Of a stretch of DNA of 64,000 nucleotides, positions 38,741 through 53,715 are shown piece by piece. Location of the stretch: contig OZ024741.1 in NCBI GenBank assembly GCA_964016885.1, forward strand, positions 410,254,001-410,318,000. Direction: 5' to 3'. Below the pieces are notes generated by a model. It worked only from the letters and a program-made list of their open reading frames with translations, searched no databases and was not told the DNA's origin. Made by a program: the position numbers and the translations under genes. Origin of the DNA: Eledone cirrhosa. Taxonomy: Eukaryota. The stretch's first letter is position 1. Every line of letters starts with the position of its first letter.

Positions 38741-41700
38741 TGTAAGACACTGTCTATGTTGTTTAACACTTCCATTACCATATTTCTTATGTAAGACACT
38801 GTCTATGTTGTGTAACCCTTCCATTACCATATTTCTAATGTAAGACACTGTCTATGTTGTTTAACCCTTTCACTACAATATTTCTAATGTAAGACACTGT
38901 CTATGTTGTTTAACCCTTCCATTACCATATTTCTAATGTAAGACACTGTCTATGTTGTTTAACCCTTTAATTACCATATTTCTAATGTAAGACCATGTCT
39001 ATGTTTTTTAACACTTTCATTACCTTATTTCTAATGTAAGACACCGTCTATGTTGTTTAACCTTTTCACTACCATCTTTAACACTTTCATTACCATATTT
39101 CTAATGTATGACCCTGTCTATGTTGTTTAACCCTTTCATTACCATATTTCTAATGTAAGACACTGTCTATGTTGTATAACACTTTCACTATAATATTTCT
39201 AATGTAAGACCCTGTCTATGTTGTTTAACCCTTCCATTACCATATTTCTTATGTAAGACACTGTCTATCTTGTTTAACCCTTTCACTACAACATTTCTAA
39301 TGTTAGACACTGTCTATGTTGTTTAAACATTTCACTACAATATTTCTAATGCAAGACACTGTCTATGTTGTTTAACCCTTACACTACCATATTTCTTATG
39401 TAAGATACTGTCTATGTTGTGTAACCCTTCCATTACCATATTTATTATTTGAGACCCTCTCTATGTTGTTTAACCCTTTAATTACCATATTTCTACTGTA
39501 AGACCATGTCTATGTTGTTTAACACTTTCATTACCTTATTTATAATGTAAGACACCGTCTATGTTGTTTAACCTTTTCACTACCATCTTTAACACTTTCA
39601 TTACCATATTTCTTATGTAAGACACTGTCTATGTTGTTTAATCCTTTCATTACCATATTTCTAATGTAAGACACTGTCTATGGTGTTTAACCCTTTCATT
39701 ACCATATTTCTAATGTAAGACTCTGTCTATGTTGTTTAACCCTTTCATTACCATATTTCTAATGTAAGACACTGTCTATGTTGTTTAACCCTTTCATTAG
39801 TATATTTCTAATGTAAGACTCTGTCTATGTTGTTTATCCCTTCCATTACTATATTTCTAATGTAAGACACTGTTTATGTTGTTTAACCCTTCCATTACCA
39901 TATTTTTAATGTAAGACACTGTCTATGTTGTTTAACCCTTTCATTACCATATTTCTAATGTAAGACCCTGTCTATGTTGTTTAACCCTTTCATTACCATA
40001 TTTCTAATGTAAGACACTGTCTATGTTGTTTAACCCTTTCATTACCATATTTCTAATGTAAGAGACTGTCTATGTTGTTTAACCTTTTCACTACCCTATT
40101 TCTAATGTAAGACACTGTCTATGTTGTTTAACCCTTCCATTACCATATTTCTCAAGACTCTGTCTATGTTGGTTAACCCTTTCATTACCATATTTCTAAT
40201 GTAATACACTGTCTATGTAGTTTAACCCTTTTACTACCATATTTCTAAATAAAGACACTGTTTATGTTGTGTAACACTTTCACTACCATATTTCTAATGT
40301 AAGACCCTGTCTCTGTTGTTTAACCCTTTCAATACCATATTTCTAATGTAAGACACTGTCTGTGTTGTTTAACCCTTTCAATGCCATATTTCTAATGTAA
40401 GACACTGTCTATGTTGTATAACCCTTTCACTACAATATTTCTAATATAAGACCCTGTCTATGTTGTTTAACCCTTTCATTACCATATTTCTTATGTAAGA
40501 CACTGTCAATGTTGTTTAACACTTTCACTACAATATTTCTAATGTTAGACACTGTCTATGTTGTTTAAACCTTTCACTACAATATTTCTAATGCAAGAAA
40601 CTGTCTATGTTGTTTAACCCTTCCATTACCATATTTCTTATGTAAGACACTGTCTAAGTTGTTTAACCTTTTCATTACCATATTTCTAATGAAAGACACT
40701 GTCTATGTTGTTTAACCCTTTCATTAGCATATTTCTAACGTAAACACTCTCTATTTTGTTTAACCCTTTCAATACCATATTTCTAATGTAAGAGACTGTC
40801 TATGTTGTTTAACCCTTTCATTACCATATTTCTAATGTAAGAAACTGTCTATGTTTTTTAACCCTTTCATTACCATATTTCTTATGTAAGACACTGTCTA
40901 TGTTGTTTAACCCTTCCATTACCATATTTCTAATGTAAGACACTGTCTATGTTGTTTAACCCTTTCATTACCATATTTCTAATGTAAGACACTGTCTATG
41001 TTGTTTAACCCTTCCATTACCATATTTCTTATGTAAGACACTGTCTATGTTGTTTAACCCTTCCATTACCATATTTCTAATGTAAGACACTGTCTATGTT
41101 GTTTAACACTTCCATTACCATATTTCTTATGTAAGACACTGTCTATGTTGTGTAACCCTTCCATTACCATATTTCTAATGTAAGACACTGTCTATGTTGT
41201 TTAACCCTTTCACTACAATATTTCTAATGTAAGACACTGTCTATGTTGTTTAACCCTTTCATTACCATATTTCTAATGTAAGACACTGTCTATGTTGTTT
41301 AACCTTTTCACTACCATCTTTAACACTTTCATTACCATATTTATTATTTAAGACACTCTCTATGTTGTTTAACCCTTTAATTACCATATTTCTAATGTAA
41401 GACCATGTCTATGTTGTTTAACACTTTCATTACCTTATTTATAATGTAAGACACCGTCTATGTTGTTTAACCTTTTCACTACCATCTTTAACACTTTCAT
41501 TACCATATTTCTTATGTAAGACACTGTCTATGTTGTTTAACCCTTTCATTACCATATTTCTAATGTAAGACACTGTCTATGTTGTTTAACCCTTTCATTA
41601 GTATATTTCTAATGTAAGACTCTGTCTATGTTGTTTAACCCTTCCATTACCATATTTCTCAAGACTCTGTCTATGTTGGTTAACCCTTTCATTACCATAT

Positions 41701-44700
41701 TTCTAATGTAATACACTGTCTATGTAGTTTAACCCTTTTACTACCGTATTTCTAAATAAAGACACTGTCTATGTTGCTTAACACTTTCACTACCATATTT
41801 CTAATGTAAGACCCTGTCTCTGTTGTTTAACCCTTTCATTACCATATTTCTAATGTAAGACACTGTCTATGTTGTTTAACCCTTTCATTGCCATATTTCT
41901 AATGTAAGACACTGTCTATGTTGTATAACCCTTTCACTACAATATTTCTAATATAAGACCCTGTCTATGTTGTTTAACCCTTTCATTACCATATTTCTAA
42001 TGTAAGAGACTGTCTATGTTGTCTAACCCTTTCATTACCATATTTCTAATGTAAGACATTGTCTATGTTGTTTAACCTTTTCATTACCATATTTCTTATG
42101 TAAGACACTGTCTATGTTGTTTAACACTTCCATTACCATATTTCTTATGTAAGACACTGTCTATGTTGTGTAACCCTTCCATTACCATATTTCTAATGTA
42201 AGACACTCTCTATGTTGTTTAACCCTTTCACTACAATATTTCTAATGTAAGACACTGTCTATGTTGTTTAACCCTTTCATTACCATATTTGTAATGTAAG
42301 ACACTGTCTATGTTGTTTAACACTTTCATTACCATATTTATTATTTAAGACCCTCTCTATGTTGTTTAACCCTTTAATTACCATATTTCCAATGTAAGAC
42401 CATGTCTATGTTGTTTAACACTTTCATTACCATATTTATTATTTAAGACCCTCTCTATGTTGTTTAACCCTTTAATTACCATATTTCTAATGTAAGACCA
42501 TGTCTATGTTGTTTAACACTTTCATTACCTTATTTATAATGTAAGACACCGTCTATGTTGTTTAACCTTTTCACTACCATCTTTAACACTTTCATTACCA
42601 TATTTCTTATGTAAGACACTGTCTATGTTGTTTAATCCTTTCATTACCATATTTCTAATGTAAGACACTGTCTATGGTGTTTAACCCTTTCATTACCATA
42701 TTTCTAATGTAAGACTCTGTCTATGTTGTTTAACCCTTTCATTACCATATTTCTAATGTAAGACACTGTCTATGTTGTTTAACCCTTTCATTAGTATATT
42801 TCTAATGTAGGACTCTGTCTATGTTGTTTAACCCTTCCATTACTATATTTCTAATGTAAGACACTGTTTATGTTGTTTACCCCTTCCATTACCATATTTT
42901 TAATGTAAGACACTGTCTATGTTGTTTAACCCTTTCATTACCATATTTCTAATGTAAGACCCTGTCTATGTTGTTTAACCCTTTCATTACCATATTTCTA
43001 AATTTCTAATGTAAGACCCTGTCTATGTTGTTTAACCCTTTCATTACCATATTTCTAATGTAAGACACTGTCTATCTTGTTTAACCCTTTCACTACAACA
43101 TTTCTAATGTTAGACACTGTCTATGTTGTTTAAACCTTTCACTACAATATTTCTAATGCAAGACACTGTCTATGTTGTTTAACCCTTCCATTACCATATT
43201 TCTTATGTAAGATACTGTCGATGTTGTTTAACCCTTTCACTACCATATTTCTAATGTAAGACACTGTCTAAGTTGTTTAACCCTTTCATTACCATATTTC
43301 TAATGAAAGACACTGTCTATGTTGTTTAACCCTTTCATTACCATATTTCTAACGTAAACACTCTCTATGTTGTTTAACCCTTTCAATACCATATTTCTAA
43401 TGTAAGAGACTGTCTATGTTGTCTAACCCTTTCATTACCATATTTCTAATGTAAGACATTGTCTATGTTGTTTAACCTTTTCATTACCATATTTCTTATG
43501 TAAGACACTGTCTATGTTGTTTAACACTTCCATTACCATATTTCTTATGTAAGACACTGTCTATGTTGTGTAACCCTTCCATTACCATATTTCTAATGTA
43601 AGACACTGTCTATGTTGTTTAACCCTTTCACTACAATATTTCTAATGTAAGACACTGTCTATGTTGTTTAACCCTTTCATTACCATATTTCTAATGTAAG
43701 ACACTGTCTATGTTGTTTAACCTTTTCACTACCATCTTTAACACTTTCATTACCATATTTATTATTTAAGACCCTCTCTATGTTGTTTAACCCTTTAATT
43801 ACCATATTTCTAATGTAAGACCATGTCTATGTTGTTTAACACTTTCATTACCTTATTTATAATGTAAGACACCGTCTATGTTGTTTAACCTTTTCACTAC
43901 CATCTTTAACACTTTCATTACCATATTTCTTATGTAAGACACTGTCTATGTTGTTTAATCCTTTCATTACCATATTTCTAATGTAAGACACTGTCTATGG
44001 TGTTTAACCCTTTCATTACCATATTTCTAATGTAAGACTCTGTCTATGTTGTTTAACCCTTTCATTACCATATTTCTAATGTAAGACACTGCCTATGTTG
44101 TTTAACCCTTTCATTAGTATATTTCTAATGTAAGACTCTGTCTATGTTGTTTAACCCTTCCATTACTATATTTCTAATGTAAGACACTGTTTATGTTGTT
44201 TAACCCTTCCATTACCATATTTTTAATGTAAGACACTGTCTATGTTGTTTAACCCTTTCATTACCATATTTCTAATGTAAGACCCTGTCTATGTTGTTTA
44301 ACCCTTTCATTACCATATTTCTAATGTAAGACACTGTCTATGTTGTATATCACTTTCACTACAATATTTCTAATGTAAGACCCTGTCTATGTTGTTTAAC
44401 CCTTCCATTACCATATTTCTTATGCAAGACACTGTCTATCTTGTTTAACCCTTTCACTACAACATTTCTAATGTTAGACACTATCTATGTTGTTTAAACA
44501 TTTCACTACAATATTTCTAATGCAAGACACTGTCTATGTTGTTTAACCCTTCCATTACCATATTTCTTATGTAAGATACTGTCGATGTTGTTTAACCCTT
44601 TCACTACCATATTTCTAATGTAAGACACTGTCTAAGTTGTTTAACCCTTTCATTACCATATTTCTAATGAAGGACATTGTCGATGTTGTTTAACCCTTTC

Positions 44701-47700
44701 AGTACCATATTTCTAATGTAAGGCACTGTCTATGTTGTTTAACCCTTTCAATGCCATATTTCTAATGTAAGAAACTCTCTATGTTGTTTAACACTTTCAT
44801 TACCATATTTCTAATGTAAGACATTGTCTATGTTGTTTAACCTTTTCATTACCATATTTCTTATGTAAGACACTGTCTATGTTCTTTAACCCTTCCATTA
44901 CCATATTTCTAATGTAAGAGACTGTCTATGTTGTTTAACCCTTTCATTACCATATTTCTAATGTAAGACACTGTCTATGTTGTTTAATGCTTTCATTACC
45001 ATATTTCTAATGTAAGACTCTGTCTATGTTGTTTAACCCTCCCATTACCATATTTCTAATGTAAGACACTGTTTATGTTGTTTAACCCTTCCATTACCAT
45101 ATTTTTAATGTAAGACACTGTCTATGTTGTTTAACACTTTCATTACCATATTTCTAATGTAAGAGACTGTCTATGTTGTTTAACCATTTCACTACCCTAT
45201 TTCTAATGTAAGACACTGTCTATGTTGTTTAAGCCTTTCATTACCATATTTCTAATGAAAGACACTGTCTATGTTGTTTAGCCCTTTCATTACCATATTT
45301 CTAATGAAAGACACTGTCTATGTTGTTTAACCCTTTCATTACCAAATTTCTAATGTAAGAGAATGTCTATGTTGTTTAACCCTTTCATTACCATATTTCT
45401 AATGAAAGACACTGTCTATGTTGTTTAGCCCTTTCATTACCATATTTATAATGAAAGACACTGTCTATGTTGTTTAACCCTTTCATTACCATATTTTCTA
45501 TGTAAACACTGTCTATGTTGTTTAACCCTTTCATTACCATAATTCTAATGAAAGACATTGTCTATGTTGTTTAACCCTTCCATTACCATATTTTTAATCT
45601 AAGACACTGTCTATGTATATTTAACCCTTTCATTACTATACTTCTAATGTAAGACACTGTCTATGTTGTTTAACCCTTCCATTACCATATTTCTAATGTA
45701 AGAGACTGTCTATGTTGTTTAACCCTTTCATTACCATATTTGTAATATAAGAGACGGTCTATGTTGTTTAACCCTTTCATTGCCATATTTCTAATGTAAG
45801 ACACTGTCTATGTTGTTTAACCCTTTCATTGCGATGTTTCTAATGTAAGACACTCTCTATGTTGTTTAACCCTTCCATTACCATATTTCTAATGTAAGAC
45901 ACTGTTTATATTGTTTAACCCTTTCATTACCATATTTCTTATGTAAGAGACTGTCTATGTTGTTTAATCCTTTCATTACCATATTTCTAATGTAAGACAC
46001 TGTCTATGTTGTTTAACCCTTTCATTACCATATTTCTAATGTAAGACACTGTCTATGTTGTTTAATCCTTTCATTACCATATTTCTAATGAAAGACACTG
46101 TCTATGTTGTTTAACCCTTTCATTACCATATTTCTAATGTAAGACACTGTCTATGTTGCTTAACCCTTTCATTACCATATTTCTAATGTAAGACCCTGTC
46201 TATGTTGTTTAACTCTTTCATTACCATATTTCTAATGTAAGACAGTGTCTATGTTGTCTAACCCTTCCATTACCACATTTCTAATGTAAGAAACTGTCTA
46301 TGTTGTTTAACCCTTTCATTACCATATTTCTAATGAAAGACACTGTTTATATTGTTTAACCCTTTGATTACCATATTTCTAATGTAAGACCCTGTCTATG
46401 TTGTTTAACTCTTTCATTACCATATTTCTAATGTAAGACAGTGTTTATATTGTTTAACCCTTTGATTACCATATTTCTAATGTAAGACCCTGTCTATGTT
46501 GTTTAACCCTTTCATTACCATATTTCTAATGTAATACACTGCCTATGTAGTTTAACCCTTTTACTACCATATTTCTAATGAAAGACACTGTCTATGTCGT
46601 TTAACACTTTCACTACCATATTTCTAATGTAAGACCCTGTCTATGTTGTTTAACCCTTTCATTACCATATTTCTAATGTAAGACCCTGTCTATGTTGTTT
46701 AACCCTTTCATTGCCATATTTCTAATGTAAGACACAGTCTATATTGTATAACCCTTTCACTACAATATTTCTAATATAAGACCCTGTCTATGTTGTTTAA
46801 CCCTTCCATTACCATATTTCTTATGTAAGACACTGTCTATGTTGTTTAACCCTTTCATTACCATATTTCTAATGTTAGACACTGTCTATGTTGTTTAAAC
46901 CTTTCACTACAATAGTTCTAATGCAAGACACTGTCTATGTTGTTTAACACTTCCATTACCATATTTCTTATGTAAGACACTGTCTATGTTGTTTAACCCT
47001 TTCACTACCATATTTCTAATGTAAGACACTGTCTAAGTTGTTTAACCCTTCCATTACCATATTTCTCACGACTCTGTCTATGTTGGTTAACCCTTTCATT
47101 AACATATTTATAATGTAATACACTGTCTATGTAGTTTAACCCTTTTACTACCATATTTCTAATGAAAGACACTGTGTATGTTGTTTAACACTTTCACTAC
47201 CATATTTCTAATGTAAGACCCTGTCTATGTTGTTTAACCCTTTCATTACCATATTTCTGATGTAAGACACTGTCTATGTTGTTTAACCCTTTCATTGCCA
47301 TATTTCTAATGTAAGACACTGTCTATATTGTATAACCCTTTCACTACAATATTTCTAATATAAGACCCTGTCTATGTTGTTTAACCCTTCCATTACCATA
47401 TTTCTTATGTAAGACACTCTCTATGTTGTTTAACCCTTTCATTACCATATTTCTAATGTTAGACACTGTCTATGTTGTTTAAACCTTTCACTACAATATT
47501 TCTAATGCAAGACAATGTCTATGTTGTTTAACCCTTCCATTACCATATTTCTTATGTAAGACACTGTCTATGTTGTTTAACCCTTCCATTACCATATTTC
47601 TAATGTAAGACACTGTCTATGTTGTTTAACCCTTTCACTACAATATTTCTAATGTTAGACACTGTCTATGTTGTTTAAACCTTTCACTACAATATTTCTA

Positions 47701-50700
47701 AGGCAAGACACTGTCTATGTTGTTTAAACCTTCCATTACCATATTTCTTATGAAAGACACTGTCGATGTTGTTTAACCCTTTCACTACCATATTTCTAAT
47801 GCAAGACACTGTCTAAGTTATTTAACCCTTTCATTACCATATTTCTAATGTAAGAGACTGTCTATGTTGTGTAACCCTTTCATTACCATATTTCTTATGT
47901 AAGACACTGTCTATGTTGTTTAACCCTTCCATTACCATATTTCTAATGTAAGACAGTGTCTATGTTGTTTAACCCTTTCATTACCATATTTCTAATGTAA
48001 GACACTGTCTATGTTGTTTAACCCTTCCATTACCATATTTCTTATGTAAGACACTGTCTATGTTGTTTAACCCTTCCATTACCATATTTCTAATGTAAGA
48101 CACTGTCTATGTTGTTTAACACTTCCATTACCATATTTCTTATGTAAGACACTGTCTATGTTGTTTAACCCTTCCATTACCATATTTCTAATGAAAGACA
48201 CTGTCTATATTGTTTAACACTTTCATTACCATATTTCTAATGTAAGACACTGTCTATGTTGTTTAACCTTTTCACTACCACCTTTAACAATTTCATTACC
48301 ATATTTCTAATGTAAGACACTGTCTATGGTGTTTAACCCTTTCATTACCATATTTCTAATGTAAGACACTGTCTATGTTGTTTAACTCTTTCATTACCAT
48401 ATTTCTAATGTAAGACTCTGTCTATGTTGTTTAACCCTTCCATTACCATATTTCTAATGTAAGACACTGTTTATGTTGTTTAACCCTTCCATTACCATAT
48501 TTCTAATGTAAGACACTGTCTATGTTGTTTAACCCTTTCATTACCATATTTCTAATGTAAGACTCTGTCTATGTTGTTTAACCCTTCCATTACCATACTT
48601 CTAATGTAAGACACTGTTTATGTTGTTTAACCCTTTCATTACAATATTTCTAATGTAAGACACTGTCTATGTTGTTTAACACTTTCATTACCATATTTCT
48701 AATGTAAGACTCTGTCTATGTTGTTTAACCCTTTCATTACCATATTTCTAATGTAAGAGACTGTCTATGTTGTTTAACCCTTTCACTACCCTATTTCTAA
48801 TGTAAGACACTGTCTATGTTGTTTAACCCTTTCATTAACATATTTCTAATGAAAGACACTGTCTATGTTGTTTAACCCTTTCATTACCATATTTTCTATG
48901 TAAACACTGTCTATGTTGTTTAACCCTTTCATTACCATATTTCTAATGTAAGAGACTGTCTATGTTGTTTAACCCTTTCATTACCATATTTCTAATGTAA
49001 GAGACTGTCTATGTTGTTTAACCCTTTCATTACCATAATTCTAATGAAAGACACTGTCTATGTCTTTAACCCTTCCATTACCATATTTTTAATCTAAGAC
49101 ACTGTCTATGTTATTTAACCCTTCCATTACCATACTTCTAATGTAAGACACTGTCTATGTTGTTTAACACTTTCATTACCATATTTCTAATGTAAGACAC
49201 TGTCTATGTTGTTTAACCCTTTCATTACCATATTTCTAATGTAAGAGACTGTCTATGTTGTTTAACCCTTTCATTACCATATTTGTAATGTAAGACACTG
49301 TCTATGTTGTTTAACCATTCCATTACCATATTTCTGATGTAAGACAATGTCTATGTTGTTTAACCCTTTCATTACCATATTTCTTATGTAAGACACTGTC
49401 TATGTTGTTTAATCCTTTCATTACCATATTTCTAATGTAAGACACTGTCTATGTTATTTAACCCTTTCATTACAATATTTCTAATGTAAGACACTGTCTA
49501 TGTTGTTTAATCCTTTCATTACCATATTTCTAATGAAAGACACTGTCTATGTTGTTTAACCCTTTCATTACCATATTTCTAATGTAAGACACTGTCTATG
49601 TTGTTTAACCCTTCCATTACCATATTTCTCAAGACTCTGTCTATGTTGGTTAACCCTTTCATTACCATATTTCTAATGTAATACACTGTCTATGTAGTTT
49701 AACCCTTTTACTACCATATTTCTAATGAAAGACACTGTCTATGTTGTTTAACACTTTCACTACCATATTTCTAATGTAAGACCCTGTCTCTGTTGTTTAA
49801 CCCTTTCATTACCATATTTCTAATGTAAGAGACTCTCTATGTTGTTTAACCCTTTCATTACCATATTTGTAATGTAAGACACTGTCTATGTTGTTTAACC
49901 ATTCCATTACCATATTTCTGATGTAAGACAATGTCTATGTTGTTTAACCCTTTCATTACCATATCTCTTATGTAAGACACTGTCTATGTTGTTTAATCCT
50001 TTCATTACCATATTTCTAATGTAAGACACTGTCTATGTTATTTAACCCTTTCATTACAATATTTCTAATGTAAGACACTGTCTATGTTGTTTAATCCTTT
50101 CATTACCATATTTCTAATGAAAGACACTGTCTATGTTGTTTAACCCTTTCATTACCATATTTCTAATGTAAGACACTGTCTATGTTGTTTAACCCTTTCA
50201 TTGCCATATTTCTAATGTAAGACACTGTCTATGTTGTATAACACTTTCACTACAATATTTCTAATGTAAGACCCTGTCTATGTTGTTTAACCCTTCCATT
50301 ACCATATTTCTTATGTAAGACACTGTCTATCTTGTTTAACCCTTTCACTACAATATTTCTAATGTTAGACACTGTCTATGTTGTTTAAACTTTTCACTAC
50401 AATATTTCTAATGCAAGACACTGTCTATGTTGTTTAACCCTTCCATTACCATATTTCTTATGTAAGACACTGTCTATGTTGTTTAATCCTTTCATTACCA
50501 TATTTCTAATGTAAGAGACTGTCTATGTTGTTTAACCATTTCACTACCCTATTTCTAATGTAAGACACTGTCTATGTTGTTTAAGCCTTTCATTACCATA
50601 TTTCTAATGAAAGACACTGTCTATGTTGTTTAGCCCTTTCATTACCATATTTCTAATGAAAGACACTGTCTATGTTGTTTAACCCTTTCATTACCAAATT

Positions 50701-52415
50701 TCTAATGTAAGAGACTGCCTATGTTGTTTAACCCTTTCATTACCATATTTCTAATGTAAGAGACTGTCTATGTTGTTTAACCCTTTCATTACCATATTTC
50801 TAATGTAAGACACTGTCTATGTTGTTTAATCCTTTCATTACCATATTTCTAATGTAAGTCTCTGTCTATGTTGTTTAACCCTTCCATTACCATATTTCTA
50901 ATGTAAGACACTGTTTATGTTGTTTAACCCTTCCATTACCATATTTTTAATGTAAGACACTGTCTATGTTGTTTAACCCTTTCATTACCATATTTCTAAT
51001 GTAAGAGACTGTCTATGTTGTTTAACCATTTCACTACCCTATTTCTAATGTAAGACACTGTCTATGTTGTTTAAGCCTTTCATTACCATATTTCCAATGA
51101 AAGACACTGTCTATGTTGTTTAGCCCTTTCATTACCATATTTCTAATGAAAGACACTGTCTATGTTGTTTAACCCTTTCATTACCAAATTTCTAATGTAA
51201 GAGACTGTCTATGTTGTTTAACCCTTTCATTACCATATTTCTAATGTAAAAGACTGTCTATGTTGTTTAACCCTTGCATTACCATATTTCTAATGAAAGA
51301 CACTGTCTATGTTGTTTAGCCCTTTCATTACCATATTTGTAATATAAGAGACGGTCTATGTTGTTTAACCCTTTCATTGCCATATTTCTAATGTAAGACA
51401 CTGTCTATGCTGTTTAACCCTTTCATTGCGATATTTCTAATGTAAGACACTGTCTATGTTGTTTAACCCTTCCATTACCATATTTCTAATGTAAGACACT
51501 GTTTATATTGTTTAACCCTTTCATTACCATATTTCTTATGTAAGAGACTGTCTATGTTGTTTAATCCTTTCATTACCATATTTCTAATGTAAGACACTGT
51601 CTATGTTGTTTAATCCTTTCATTACCATATTTCTAATGTAAGACAATGTCTATGTTGTTTAACCCTTCCATTACCATATTTCTTATGTAAGACACTGTCT
51701 ATGTTGTTTAACCCTTCCATTACCATATTTCTAATGTAAGACACTGTCTATGTTGTTTAACACTTCCATTACCATATTTCTGATGTAAGACAATGTCTAT
51801 GTTGTTTAACCCTTTCATTACCATATTTCTTATGTAAGACACTGTCTATGTTGTTTAATCCTTTCATTACCATATTTCTAATGTAAGACACTGTCTATGT
51901 TATTTAACCCTTTCATTACAATATTTCTAATGTAAGACACTGTCTATGTTGTTTAATCCTTTCATTACCATATTTCTAATGAAAGACACTGTCTATGTTG
52001 TTTAACCCTTTCATTACCATATTTCTAATGTAAGACACTGTCTATGTTGTTTAACCCTTCCATTACCATATTTCTCAAGACTCTGTCTATGTTGGTTAAC
52101 CCTTTCATTACCATATTTCTAATGTAATACACTGTCTATGTAGTTTAACCCTTTTACTACCATATTTCTAATGAAAGACACTGTCTATGTTGTTTAACAC
52201 TTTCACTACCATATTTCTAATGTAAGACCCTGTCTCTGTTGTTTAACCCTTTCATTACCATATTTCTAATGTAAGAGACTGTCTATGTTGTTTAACCCTT
52301 TCATTACCATATTTGTAATGTAAGACACTGTCTATGTTGTTTAACCATTCCATTACCATATTTCTGATGTAAGACAATGTCTATGTTGTTTAACCCTTTC
52401 ATTACCATATCTCTT

Positions 52416-53453
52416 TCCGTCATCTACTACCGCCTGACCGTAGTGCCCTGCCCAAGGGAAACCCTCACCAAGATGGAGCGCGCGCTCTTCCAATTCCTTT
52501 GGAAGAGGCGGGCTCCTATGGTGAGGAGATCCATCTGCTGTCAACACCCTTCGAAAGGAGGGCTGGGGATGCCGTGGCTAATGATGCGTAAACACGCATT
52601 AAGGCTACGGCACCTCTACGTATTCCTCACCGGACAACCGGTGTGGGCCTCGTTTGTGAGACGAACCTTTCCCAGACTCGTCTCACTCACCGAGCTGCAA
52701 TCCTGGGTCAAGCAAAGACCGAGAAAACTGGGCGCCTGGCACACTGAGTGTGCCCAGGCGCTCACCGCCCTCTGGCAGGCGGATCCGGTTATCAGTGGAG
52801 ACTCCACCGCAACATTCTATAGAGGGCTGGTACGCAGCAGGTGCGACGACGCCCTCGGAGAAGCCCTAGACATGGAGGAGGACGAACTAGCCAGCCTGTT
52901 CGGTAGGACATTCAGCCCGGGACCTATGGACAACTTCCAGAAGTCCCTGGCCTGGCAGTGCTACCGAGGGGCTTTACCCGTTCGAGAAAGGCTCTACAGA
53001 CACGGGCGCCCGGGTAGGGACCCCGCCAAAAAGATCTGTCCCAGATGCGTGTGCGACGAGGAAACCGTTGCACACGCATTGGTACACTGCTCGGGCGTAG
53101 CCGATCTGTGGGGCTATGTCGAACAACTGCTGTCAAGGGTGGGACCGATCCGGTTGACCACCGAGTCTATTGTAATGATCAAGCCGCCTCCCCCCTTCAA
53201 AGATGATGCAGAGGCGGTGTTTCTGTGCGTAATAGCCATGGCGAAAGAGGTTGTATGGTGGACGCGTCTGAAAGGACTGAGGTCAGGCACCTTTCTCTCT
53301 GGCCAACAACTGGTCCGTTTCTTCCGATATCATTTCGGAAGAAGGATCAGGATGGAGAGAGAGGTGCTGCACCCCAGCCGTTTCTATGAAAGATGGGTGA
53401 AAGTGGCGAGAATGGCCCGTGTGAATGGGCCTTCACTCTACATCAGACTATAG
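52416..53453 (+). pseudogene. C-terminal fragment of L1/Tx1 ORF2 (post-RT region and CCHC zinc knuckle)
   Basis: ORF 52377..53453 is open. Its first 13 codons are satellite-derived, and no RT catalytic core is retained. Confidence 0.85.
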
Positions 53454-53715
53454 GTGAGGAAGATGAAAGACCAAGGGAGCACCCCTTCTCTGTGCTCCTG
53501 AGGAGAAGGGTTGCACACTTTTTTCGGGGGTGTGTGCGACCCCCCAAGGCGCCTCCTCTCTATTGAGGATTTTGTTAAAAATTTTATTTTTTGTTATATC
53601 TTATTTTATTTTTATATTTTGTTATTGCCTCCTCCTTATTGAGGACGCCTTTTTGTGTAAACTCCCCCCTTTGTACTTGTCCCACTTTTGATGCCCTAGT
53701 GGCAAATAAAAGAAA
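52416..53715 (+). mobile_element. 5'-truncated L1/Tx1-type non-LTR retrotransposon (3' 1.3 kb)
   Basis: GC-rich insert with a 10-bp TSD CATATCTCTT (52406-52415 and 53716-53725), AATAAA at 53705-53710 and a short A-rich tail. The protein has FLW..., KGGLG, LPV..RL and a CPRC-x4-ETVAHALVHC CCHC knuckle (zf-RVT type), as in L1/Tx1 ORF2 C-termini. Confidence 0.88.

Larger units (their letters stand above)
8851..52415 (+). repeat. 49-bp satellite array, block 2 (~43.5 kb, roughly 890 monomers) with higher-order duplications
   Basis: Uninterrupted head-to-tail monomers in the same orientation, with recurring diagnostic variant monomers. Confidence 0.98.

Noticed and set aside
52377-52415. Satellite-derived ATG fused in frame to the L1/Tx1 fragment (358-aa chimeric ORF)
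   Set aside because: Monomers contain ATGs, so a 13-codon in-frame extension is expected by chance. There is no promoter or expression evidence.
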